A stretch of 64,000 bases of DNA from the NCBI GenBank assembly GCA_001244265.2, contig CDLV01000013.1, forward strand, positions 744,001 through 808,000, read 5' to 3'. A program made the translations under genes and the position numbers. The notes under the pieces were generated by a model that saw only the letters and a list, made by a program, of their open reading frames with translations, had not been told where the DNA came from and ran no database searches. This DNA is from Microbotryum violaceum (lineage: Eukaryota). Position 1 is the stretch's first letter; every line of letters begins with the position of its first letter. Of this stretch, positions 1 through 11,117 are shown piece by piece.

Positions 1-1660
1 CCACAAAAACAAAACTGGTGCTTGAATCCTACCCTACATGTCTAGAACCACGAAGCCCCCAAGTTCGCGGTCTCTCTCGAGTCCACTAGAACTCAGCAAT
101 CTTCAACCAGATTTTCCGAACCCCTTTTCGCCGATAGCGAGCCACCTTTTACAATCCCAATTCCTTCTCACTCCCCGGCGGCGTCTTAATCCCATCCTTA
201 CTCCCTCGGCTACCCCCACTTCCCACCGACCTTCCCCCCGATTGACTCAACAAAGCCTCCAATTGCTTATTCTCCACCTCCCCACGACCCCACAACGTCA
301 CGCCGATCTCTTTTACCACGAACCAAGCGGGGACGAGACTGATTCCCCATAGAGCGAAGTTGAGGGAACTTGCACCGATCGTACCGAAGGATTGAACCGA
401 GTTGAGACCGTAGGATACGGCTTGGGCGGCGGATTCGGTCGCTCGGAGGAGACCACCGATGCGGATGATGTCGGCGGGTTCGGTGACGACTGCGCGCCGG
501 TGAGGGAGAGGGAGAGGGAGAAGGAGAGGGTGAGTTGGGTTCGGGTTCAAACAGTTTGAACAGAAGGATTTATAAATCATCTTACGATTGCCCACGACAA
601 AGTAGAGATAAAGATAGTTCAACTGAAACCCGGCAACGAGGAAGATGTAAAGGGCGAACCCACGACCGAAGCCAGGGGAGGACCAATCGAGCATCGTGTT
701 ATGGGGTTGGTAGTCGGATTGGATGACCGTGGACCAGATCCACCAGATGCCCTGGAGACCGAGGACGACGAAGAAGGAGTAGCGCGCGCGCGATTTGAGA
801 GAGAACTTTTTGGAGTCGAGTAACCACTGCGAAAGGATGGATTGGGACGATTTGATCAGCTTCACAGGTTCAAGCCACGTACGAGAAATGGGCTAGAGGA
901 ACAGGAATTACTCCGAGAAGGTTTCCAGCAACGATAGCGACGATGGCAGAAAGGAAAGAACCCAGCGCCCTCGCCCGAACAGAAAAGTGCAACGTCAAAT
1001 ACGTTCCATTAAACGATTCCGGGAACACGGCTTGCACGATCAACGGCACGATAAGCAAAAACTTTTTGGTGAAGAACAGCTTCGCCGAAGCCTTGACTTC
1101 ATGAACCAAACCCGTCGTGACGAACAAACGAACGGGGAGACCGTCGGTACGTTGGACTTTGTTGGGTGGGGGGAGGAGGAAGGCGACGAAGGGGCCGAGG
1201 CATTGAAGGGCGATGAAGACGAGGTATATTTGGGGATTCACTTTGCCGGCGGTATTGCGGTTAACGTTGAGACCCAGGTTGATGGCTCCCCGAGGACACC
1301 TCCCAAGACTCGGAAACTGTGAAGGATTGGGTTTGAAACGATCAGAATCTCCGTACAGGGCACTTGGCACTTGCGAGGCGGGGACAAGGCAAGGCACTCA
1401 CCTCAGCCAAAGACCGAAGAATCGACCCTGGTTCTCGGGTTCAGGGTACGCAAGCGCGACTGCAGACAAGGTTGATCGACTTTGAGTGCAAGTTCGCGTA
1501 AATATTACGCCGGGACGAGTGCTCACTAGCTGCTTCGATAGCCCAGAACGTTCCGGCGCCTGTGAAAGAGGGGGCGGGAAGCACAATCAGTTAGGGGACA
1601 TCATCGCCGGTGCCGCCCGAGACAGAGTCACGTACTGATTCCGCACAATGCCGCGCCAAG
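1..1660. repeat. Direct repeat unit A, near-identical to 5029-6688
   Basis: The sequence from position 1 (ccacaaaaacaaaactggtg) recurs at 5029. I saw only two homopolymer length differences and one SNP (1589/6617) up to ~1660. Weaker homology continues to ~2690, matching 6690-7608 and 8829-8915. Confidence 0.97.
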
Positions 1661-2249
1661 CCAGAGGATCCATTCTTTTCCAAATCGGTTGTTCTGTCCA
1701 ACAAAGAGGGGAGAACAAGTCAGTTTGCTATGCGAAGGCAAACGTGAGCTCCTGACCACAGACTCGCTATCCAAACTCTCTTTCTTCAGCATTCGAGGAG
1801 GAAAACCACTAGGCAGTGGAGACCCACTGTGTAAAGCCCAGCAGCATAAGGCGCATAGCCTGCCGCACCGAAAGCGAGTGTCCAAATGACGCCGATGTAG
1901 CGCACCAAGCTCGAGGTGAGGAAAGCGCTCAACACCACCAGACCGTAGGTGAGCGCGTTGGATGCATTGACGAGCAATGGGGCTGGGAGTGAAGATAAAC
2001 ACGATGCAAGTTACGTGCATCGAAGGTGATATTCTTCTTTATCGTTTGGAACCTACAAGCTTGTCCACCCGCACCTAGCGAATTCATCGCACCCCAAATA
2101 CCAGGGGCGCTGAAATTGGCTAATCCGAGAATGAGAGCGGCGAACCACGTACTACGGTGCCATTTCACCTCTGGGAAGGGGGTTAGGACCACATCGGTGT
2201 CGATATTGGTAGGTGAGGCTTCGAGGGCGTCGAGTTTGGTTGCGGACAT
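149..2249 (-). CDS. UNC-93-like MFS transporter / ion-channel regulator family membrane protein, copy 1 (multi-exon)
   Basis: Hand-spliced exons give MSATKLD...WFAALILGLANFSAPGIWGAMNSLGAGG...VNASNALTYGL...GAAGYAPYAAGLY...AIEAAVALAYPEPENQGRFFGLWL...FSVRARALGSFL...GGLLRATESAAQAVSYGL, typical of fungal UNC-93-like MFS proteins. There is one apparent 1-bp deletion in the C-run at 1288-1291; copy 2 has 5 C there and is in frame. Confidence 0.85.
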
Positions 2250-2679
2250 GGTTGTAAAGACGGGGCCCGAGGTCGAAGGTGGACTGCTCGCGTGGCGAGG
2301 GACGGTGAGATAGGGGCGGAGGAGAGGAAGAGGGAGAGAAGAAGAGAGGGAGGGAGAGGGAGAGAGTCCTCGAGGCACGACAAAACACGTTAGTGGAGTG
2401 GTTAGAAAGGAGAAAATGAACATCATTATTTATCTACCGGCTCGTAAAATGGGGCTCATTTCTGTGTGGTTGGATCCCCGGGCCCGCCACGGACCGGACG
2501 GGTGAGTTCGAGCTTCGCGAGCCAGCGTTTCGGTTCCGTCGATCTGCCCGTCGGCTGCCGCCGGGCCAATTATTGCCTAATCCGCGGGGAATGATGCGAT
2601 GTGTTGAATAATTTGTCTATCAAGCATAGGACTTTGTGATGTCGTGTCTTGGGTTTGCCGCCCTTGTTGTACGTGTATA

Positions 2680-3650
2680 CCAGCGGGAACCCTTTAAATA
2701 CACGGGATGATGAAAATTCAAATAGCAGGAAAATCGAACGGAATGCATGACGAAGTACAGCATTTTAATTGTCCACTCATCGACCTGAGAAAAAAGCGGA
2801 ATACTGGGTTTGGGGTTACGGTGGCCGCGGCTGGAGCTCGATCGAAGGCTTGCAGGTCGTCGTCATCAATGCATCCTCGGCGGGATCGCGAGAGGGGTGA
2901 AGCGCCTTGATTCGATCAACACTCATGGCTCGAGACAATGCCACGTACAGCTGTCCATGAGTGAAGACGGGATGCAGGGAGAGATCGACGCCAACAGGAT
3001 CGAGTGATTGACCTTGGGCTTTGTTGATCGTCATGGCCAAGGCAACTCGAAGTGGGAATTGGAGCCGGCGCATAGTGAAACCAAGCTGGCGACGGCTAGT
3101 CGCACTCGTCTCAAGTCGCACGCGAGGGATGGGAGCCGTGGTGCCCGCTCGATCTCCGGTCAAGACGACGGTTAGAATCACTCGCGACTTTGCGTTCGAG
3201 ACGATAAGGCGGGTACCGTTGCAGAGGCCTGCGTCTGTGTCGAGGTTGAACGACAGAGATCCCTTCCTTGAGACGCAAGTGATGCGCGGGCAAGTTGGAC
3301 GGGTTGATTGAATGCAGTTACCCTGGCGAAATCAGATCCGGCCCCACTTTCGCTGACCTCGACGACCTCATCTGCGCTGCGATACTCGACATAGTCGCCA
3401 TCGAACTCTTCGAGCAGCTTGGCGTTGATGCGATCGCCGTTGCGTTATGCGGAGCTAGGATGTTTCCGCCATAATTCCCATGCAGCATGTGCTTTGTGAT
3501 GGCCTCGTGGAGTTCAGGATAGCGCCAAGGGTTGGGTATCTCGGCCGAGATCATCTTGTCGATCGCTTCCGTTGACAAATGGTGATTGTCCGGCGCGATG
3601 CTGAAGAGGATACGAGCATGTGGCCGACGACTACTACTCAATCCCACATT
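2680..3650 (-). mobile_element. Degenerate, internally deleted Helitron (RepHel remnant)
   Basis: 3318-3647 encodes a Rep-region fragment (PHARIL...IDKMISAEIPNP...PELHEAITKHMLHG, a decayed HUH motif). 2816-3300 encodes PIF1-type helicase C-terminal motifs (HHLRLKEG, GLCNGTRL, RRLQFPLRVALAMTINKAQGQSL, VFTHGQLYVALSR) with frameshifts. A possible 3' terminus on the minus strand is an imperfect CCCGTG..GGG hairpin (2690-2706) followed by CTGG|T at 2680. Confidence 0.85.
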
Positions 3651-5028
3651 GCACCCAGCGTCTTTTCTCGAGTTAGTGATCGACGGATACTCCTAGGTTG
3701 AGACCAATCGACTCAATCGCATCCGGTTATATCAAGAAAACCTGCGCCTCACCACGACCCAAGGCATCGGGTTCACTCGCCTCGAGTCCTCGACCCCTTT
3801 TCCTCGACCTTTGTGTCGGGTCCAAGTCGAGTGTCGGTGTCCTCGGCCGAATCGATGAGCCATGTTTGGGCAAAGGCTGGGCGTTGATTGACGGCGACGA
3901 TGGTGAAGGCGACCAAACACGCGGAACAAAGGGGGTCCTAAGTGCCCGGTCGAGTCTGGTCAAACCGAGGAGCGAGCGAAGTGAACGAAAGCGCGTCGTT
4001 GTACGATCGAGCGTTCTCGCGGGATGTTTGGGCATCTGTGTGCGTCGGAATACTCGCGCACAGCTCACTATGTGGGTCTGCTGCAGACGAATGCCGTTGG
4101 ACGGAGCAACTGACCCCTATCCGGGCCTCCAAGTAGCTGTCGAAACTCGGGGATTGGGCTGGGGAGGAGAAGGCAGTTGCATCTGGCCCTGCGAGCAGAA
4201 TGTGCTAACGTGTCTGGTCGACTTCGTCTCCAGTGTCGAGCCTTGCAGTGGGTGCCTATAGCGTCTGGGGGCCGAGGTCGACGCGGATGGAGCCGTGGGG
4301 CTTCCGCTTGAGTGGTTTGAGCGCGATTCTAGCCCTGCGCTGCCCTGCGGCTCCCTGCGGGGATCCGCTGGCCTTGACGGGCCTGACCTCAGCAAGAGGT
4401 GGTGGTGGGGCGTGGGGGTTGCAGGGTATGCAGGGGTTTGCGCGCGAGGCGGGCGAGGGCGAGGCGGGCGAGGCGAGGCGAGCACTTCGCCGAAGAGCAG
4501 GTATTCCTGCACGCTCCGACTCAGGAAACAGTGCGTTCAGCGTCGGGTCGACCGGGATACGAGTGACCGGACGAGGAACGGTAGTTGCATCGCCTTCTTT
4601 CCATTCGTCATCAAGCGCCATTCAAGTCTCTTCTCGTTCGGTTTCTAGGGGTCGCTTGTGCAAAGAGGTAGTAACATTTTGGTTTTGTGTATTGTTTCGT
4701 CCTTTCTTCCCTTTCATATTTGTACTTTGTCTGTATCCGTTCAAACCGTTCAAAAAAATTGATCGCATCGCAGCAGCAAACCCCCAAAAAAATGCGTAGA
4801 CTCTCGAAATGCATTCCTTTTGTTCATGTGATCTGTGACGCGACTTTTTCGCCGAGAGAGCGGGACGTGTAAGGAAACATTGCTGACGATTTGGAGTCCA
4901 TGACGTGCTCGGCTTTTTGCCAAGGGGAGATCACGCCAGTGAGGCTTGACTGAATTGTTTGAGCTCACGCCTTGGCGCATCCTCGGCTGCTCTCGCAACA
5001 TTTTAGACGAAGACTTTGCTCGAATTCC

Positions 5029-6688
5029 CCACAAAAACAAAACTGGTGCTTGAATCCTACCCTACATGTCTAGAACCACGAAGCCCCCAAGTTCGCGGTC
5101 TCTCTCGAGTCCACTAGAACTCAGCAATCTTCAACCAGATTTTCCGAACCCCTTTTCGCCGATAGCGAGCCACCTTTTACAATCCCAATTCCTTCTCACT
5201 CCCCGGCGGCGTCTTAATCCCATCCTTACTCCCTCGGCTACCCCCACTTCCCACCGACCTTCCCCCCGATTGACTCAACAAAGCCTCCAATTGCTTATTC
5301 TCCACCTCCCCACGACCCCACAACGTCACGCCGATCTCTTTTACCACGAACCAAGCGGGGACGAGACTGATTCCCCATAGAGCGAAGTTGAGGGAACTTG
5401 CACCGATCGTACCGAAGGATTGAACCGAGTTGAGACCGTAGGATACGGCTTGGGCGGCGGATTCGGTCGCTCGGAGGAGACCACCGATGCGGATGATGTC
5501 GGCGGGTTCGGTGACGACTGCGCGCCGGTGAGGGAGAGGGAGAGGGAGAAGGAGAGGGTGAGTTGGGTTCGGGTTCAAACAGTTTGAACAGAAGGATTTA
5601 TAAATCATCTTACGATTGCCCACGACAAAGTAGAGATAAAGATAGTTCAACTGAAACCCGGCAACGAGGAAGATGTAAAGGGCGAACCCACGACCGAAGC
5701 CAGGGGAGGACCAATCGAGCATCGTGTTATGGGGTTGGTAGTCGGATTGGATGACCGTGGACCAGATCCACCAGATGCCCTGGAGACCGAGGACGACGAA
5801 GAAGGAGTAGCGCGCGCGCGATTTGAGAGAGAACTTTTTGGAGTCGAGTAACCACTGCGAAAGGATGGATTGGGACGATTTGATCAGCTTCACAGGTTCA
5901 AGCCACGTACGAGAAATGGGCTAGAGGAACAGGAATTACTCCGAGAAGGTTTCCAGCAACGATAGCGACGATGGCAGAAAGGAAAGAACCCAGCGCCCTC
6001 GCCCGAACAGAAAAGTGCAACGTCAAATACGTTCCATTAAACGATTCCGGGAACACGGCTTGCACGATCAACGGCACGATAAGCAAAAACTTTTTGGTGA
6101 AGAACAGCTTCGCCGAAGCCTTGACTTCATGAACCAAACCCGTCGTGACGAACAAACGAACGGGGAGACCGTCGGTACGTTGGACTTTGTTGGGTGGGGG
6201 AGGAGGAAGGCGACGAAGGGGCCGAGGCATTGAAGGGCGATGAAGACGAGGTATATTTGGGGATTCACTTTGCCGGCGGTATTGCGGTTAACGTTGAGAC
6301 CCAGGTTGATGGCTCCCCCGAGGACACCTCCCAAGACTCGGAAACTGTGAAGGATTGGGTTTGAAACGATCAGAATCTCCGTACAGGGCACTTGGCACTT
6401 GCGAGGCGGGGACAAGGCAAGGCACTCACCTCAGCCAAAGACCGAAGAATCGACCCTGGTTCTCGGGTTCAGGGTACGCAAGCGCGACTGCAGACAAGGT
6501 TGATCGACTTTGAGTGCAAGTTCGCGTAAATATTACGCCGGGACGAGTGCTCACTAGCTGCTTCGATAGCCCAGAACGTTCCGGCGCCTGTGAAAGAGGG
6601 GGCGGGAAGCACAATCGGTTAGGGGACATCATCGCCGGTGCCGCCCGAGACAGAGTCACGTACTGATTCCGCACAATGCCGCGCCAAG
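5029..6688. repeat. Direct repeat unit B, near-identical to 1-1660
   Basis: The offset is 5028 bp, and identical ORF translations appear in the ORF track (38..352 = 5066..5380; 149..865 = 5177..5893). Confidence 0.97.
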
Positions 6689-7277
6689 CAAGAGGAACCA
6701 TTCGTTTCCGAAACGATTGTTCTGTCCAGCAAAGTGGGGAGAACAAGTCAATTCGCTGTGCGAAGGCGACCTCGAACCCGGACCGAAAACTCGCTACCCG
6801 AACTCTTTCTTCAACGTTCGAGGAGGGGAAGCCAGTAGACAGCGGTGACTCACTGTGTAAAGCCCAGCAGCATAAGGCGCATAACCCGCCGCACCGAAAG
6901 CGAGTGTCCAAACGACGCCAATGTAACGTACCAAGCTCGAGGTGAGGAAAGCGGTCAACACCATCAGACTGAATGTGAGGGCGTTGGAGGCGTTGACGAG
7001 GAATGGGGCTACAAGTGCAGATGAAGACAACGTAAGTCACGGGCCTCAAAGCTGAAAGTTTTCCATATCGTCCGAACCTACTAGCTTGTCCACCCGCACC
7101 GAGCGAATTCATCGCACCCCAAATACCTGGGGCGCTAAAATTGGCCAACCCGAGAATGAGAGCGGCGAACCACGTGCTACGGTACCACTTCACTTTACGG
7201 AAGGGGGCGAGGACCACATCCGTGTCTATATCGGTAGGTGGGGGGGCTTCGAGAGCGTCAAGTTTAGTTGCGGACAT
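5177..7277 (-). CDS. UNC-93-like MFS transporter, copy 2 (multi-exon)
   Basis: Same exon structure as copy 1, with diverged N-terminal exons (KVKWYRSTW vs EVKWHRSTW). There is one apparent 1-bp deletion in the G-run at 6196-6200; copy 1 has 6 G there and is in frame. Confidence 0.85.
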
Positions 7278-7609
7278 GGTTGTAGAGACCGGGCCCGAGG
7301 TTGGGGGTGGGCTGATGGGGGTTGAGATAGGGGCGGAGGAAGGAAGGGGGAGGGTGTTTTCAAGGCACAAAAAATTGCGTAGGTGAAGTGGTTGGTAAGG
7401 AGGAGAGGAACATCAATATTTACCAGCACGTAAAGGTCGGAGTCTTTTTTTTGTGATAGGAAAACCCCGGGCCCGCCACGGAAGGGACGGGTGAGTTCGA
7501 ACTTGGAGCTCGTCACCATGGAGAGAAGGCACGGGCAAAGCACGCAAGCCGACGTCTCGGTTTCGTCACTTTGGGGCCCGCCGGCCATTCTTGCCTAATC
7601 CGCGAGGGA

Positions 7610-8828
7610 TCTGCATCTACCGCCGCGAACACGACGGGCACTCTCATTACATCGCCTTGTACGTTGACGACTTGCTGTTGGTTGGGCCCTCTACCGCCGA
7701 GATCGACAGGGTTCTCGACGCGTTGGAACTCGCATATGGTATCAAACGTCTCGGGCCTGCCGAATACATCCTCGGCATCCAAGTCAAACGCGGGCACAAC
7801 GGGTCCATCACACTTTCCCAAGAGCGCTACCTTCGAGATATCTTGGCCAGGTTCCAATTCGCCGATGCCAAGCCGGCGAGCGTCCCCATGCAACCCGGTG
7901 TCGTCCTCGATTTCGAGAACTCGTCTGCTACCCCTGAGGATCGCACTCGCTACTTGCAGGCCATTGGTTCGTTGATGTACGCCGCGGTTGGCACTCGTCC
8001 GGACCTTGCTTTGTGGTCAGCTACCTCGCGCGCTTCTCGCAGCAGTCCGGCCCGGAGCATTGGACAGCCATCAAGCACGTCCTTCGCTACATCAAAGGCA
8101 CGCTGGACTTGGGGCTCACCTACCGCAAGACCAACCAACCGCTCCATGGCTACTCGGATGCAAACTGGGGAGCCTGCCTGACAACCTCGCGATCGACCAT
8201 GGGCTACGCATTCATCTTGTCCGGAGCCGCCATTGCTTGGTGTTCCAAACGGGAGCACAGGGTCGCCAAGTCTACTACCGACGCGGAATACCTCTCTCTT
8301 TCGTACGCTAGCGGGGACGCCATTCACCTGAGCGAACTCCTGAGCGAACTCGGCGCTCCGGTTCCCGGTCCAGTCGTGCTCTATGGTGACAACCAAGGTT
8401 CGCTTGCTCTGGCACAACACCCGACCAACCATCAGGGATCTCGTCACGTTCGCATCTCGGAACACTACGTCCGCGAGAGGGTTGCTGAGAAAGAGATCGA
8501 GGTCCGCTACATCGCCACTGGCGACATGTTTGCCGACATCTTCACCAAAGCCTTGGGTCCCAAGCCGTTCATCTTCTATCGGACGAATTTGGGCTTACGA
8601 GGTGCAGTGGTATGACAGCACGGGGGGTTGTCAGAGTGTATATTGCTGTTTCATCCCACTTCTATTACCGATCATGATTAGTTACTAGTTGTTGATATTA
8701 GTCGCCTCGCGCGGCTTTTGCTTGCCTCGCGCGCTCCTACTCTGCGCTTCTCTTCTTTCTCGAACTGTCTTTACTATCATCCTCGGCTCTCGTACTAAAC
8801 GTATCTCGTGCCTCGGCTTTAGTTTATA
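7610..8828 (+). mobile_element. 5'-truncated Ty1/copia LTR retrotransposon (RT C-terminus, RNase H, PPT, 3' LTR)
   Basis: RT motifs CIY...[11 protein letters not shown] and [20 protein letters not shown]. RNase H motifs [29 protein letters not shown] and [11 protein letters not shown], stop at 8613-8615. G-rich PPT at 8622-8627, then TG at 8629. One T-run frameshift at ~8010. Confidence 0.93.
8629..8828 (+). repeat. Putative 3' LTR of the copia element (~200 bp)
   Basis: Begins TG immediately after the PPT. The right edge is set by where host homology to the copy-1 upstream region resumes (aatggtgcga vs aatgatgcga). It ends ...TTATA rather than CA. Confidence 0.65.
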
Positions 8829-9392
8829 AATGGTGCGACGAGTTGGGTAATTATAGAGACGTGATGTCGTGTCCTGGATTTGCCGCCCTTATTGTACGTG
8901 TATAACCCGGAGCCCCTAAGTTGATGAAGACTTCGCCCGCCGGTAAAGGCCTGGTAGCGAATTCGGCTCGTGGTTCCCTTTGCCAGAGAGGCACAGACTT
9001 GAGCCACCTAGATGACAAGGTAGTTTCCCAACATCTTCCTAGTGTAGGGACCAGGCACTTTGTTCGCTCCTCCTGGCGAAATTTGAGCTCTACTTATCGC
9101 CGAGTCGTGTACGCCGACGGCGTCATTCTTGATTCGATTCTTAGCGCCCCCTGACTCAAATCACGCAAGAGGCGGCGGGCCCCACGGCTTCGCCATCGCC
9201 ATCGCCATCGCCCGTCGCCCGTCGGCGAAGAGTGGGGGAGCCGCTCGGGTCGACCCATCTCTGATGTGAAGGTAGTATGACAGGGTGAATTTACAGGAAA
9301 GATTGTGAAAGAAGAGATGTTGGTACATCGAGATGCGAGAGTGGACACCGCCGGTGCGGATGCTGCGTATTGCAAGTCGTGACAGAGGAGAG

Positions 9393-10891
9393 CTAGCGTT
9401 TCCTCTGGGCCTTCCATTTCTGTAGAATTCGACAGTCTAAATCAGCAACAAGCCAGGGATTCCCATGGATCTGTGCGCCATATACTCACATACAACCTCG
9501 CCCCGCTCGCGATTCCGACCTCTTCCTCATCCATCGTCGTCTTGTCCCCCTTCCAATCCTCCTCCACCCTAGCACTCGGGTCCTTCTTCTTCTTGACGAT
9601 CATCTTCTTGGCGCCTTTACCCATCAGTAATCTCTGGTTCTCTAACTCCTTCAACGCCAAGGCGAATTGCCTGAGGCGTTCTTGACGAGCATCGAGTTCG
9701 AGCGTCAGGCGTTCGCGGTGCGCTTGAGTGGCTTTGTTCATCGCTTCGAGTTCTTCCGGTGTTGGGCCAAATTCCGTAGTGGGCGCTTTGCCTTTGCCCT
9801 TTTTGGAAGAGGCGGATTTGGTCATCGTCGAGGTGGAGGGTGTTCGTCGCTTCTTGGGTAAGATCTTGGACGGGTCGTCGACGGTACGGACTGTGCAGTG
9901 CAGGGTAAAGGAGTTGCGCGCTACTCAGCATGCGGGGTAACATCAATCGCGTAGAGAGAGAGGGAGATCTCAACCTACCCTTGTCGAGGTCATCAGAAAA
10001 GATGATGTGCTTCTTGGGCCCGGATGCTGCGCCTAGAGAAGACGTTGAAGCGACGGGGGGTACCAAGTCAAAGGCATCCCAATCGTCGAGATCGCGCATC
10101 ATCTCATCGTGGTCGTCAGCTCCAGTGGTAGGTTTGGGTGGCGCGTTGGTGACGTTGTCGACGAGCGAGTCGAGCTGTTGTTGTAGTCGACGCACGCGCT
10201 GGGTCGGTCGGGAGAGGGTTTTCGGATCAGGATCGATAGCTCGGGAATATAATGCTTTTGGGAAGAACGTACACCCTGTTCCATGGCTTGCTGAGTCCTG
10301 ATGTAGCCTGCGTCCTGTGTCTTGAGCACCTTGACGAGATCATTGCTCATGGCCTCATTCCCGCGTGACTGAACATGAACCCCTTTCTACGAACGTCGAA
10401 CCGATCGCGCCGAGTCAGCACCGAGCCGATCCCAACCAAGTGACGTATAGACCTGAATATACATACGAGGGTCTTGCTCCTAATCATGCCAAAGTAGAAC
10501 TCATCCTTGTTCTTGGCGCTGGCCTTTTCGCGCAACTTGGTGAGGCGGTCCTCCTTGGAATGAAAGTCCCTCGCTCGCTTGACGTAGTCGGCATGTTTCT
10601 CGAGCAGGCCTAGTTTGGCTCGGTGGAGTGGTTGAGCTCGTTCGCTGTAGTGAGGTTGGGAGTGTTGTGCAGGGCGATGTGGAGGGTGCGGAGGACGGTA
10701 GAACGTGGGTCAGCCTCAATGATCGGCGCTCGGGATCGGCTGGCTGGGCGAGCTCGGCTGCGAAGGAGGACGGCGAAGCTACCGGTGCGGCCGTCGAGCG
10801 GCTGAAAGTGGGCCCTAACGCAGCGAATGAGAAGGATCATGTGTACTGACCGATGCTGTCGCTTTTGCTCGTTCAGCTTCCAGGCGACCAT
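9393..10891 (-). CDS. UTP11: U3 snoRNA-associated protein 11 (SSU processome)
   Basis: Spliced MVAWKLNEQKRQHR|ERAQPLHRAKLGLLEKHADYVKRARDFHSKEDRLTKLREKASAKNKDEFYFGM...LKTQDAGYI...KKHIIF...ARLY|KWKAQRKR*, which are hallmark Utp11 motifs. Confidence 0.93.
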
Positions 10892-11117
10892 CTTGGGCGA
10901 TCGTGGGTTGCTTGAGCAGAAAGAAGAGACGGGGCTATACTAGTATGTGGGTGGCGCGTGGCTTGGGGAGGCAAGACGAGGCAATTGCGGCCGCTATTAG
11001 TAGCCCTGGAGTTGTATTCGGCAATTGTGGAGGCTTTGGGATTGGGATTGACATCATCGAAACCACGCGCCACCCCTCCCGCACTCCCGCCCCACCCATC
11101 ACCCACGTCGATTCACC

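Noticed and set aside
9190..9225. Short (CGCCAT)n/(CGCCCGT)n tandem repeat
   Set aside because: A few-copy simple repeat with no evidence of function.
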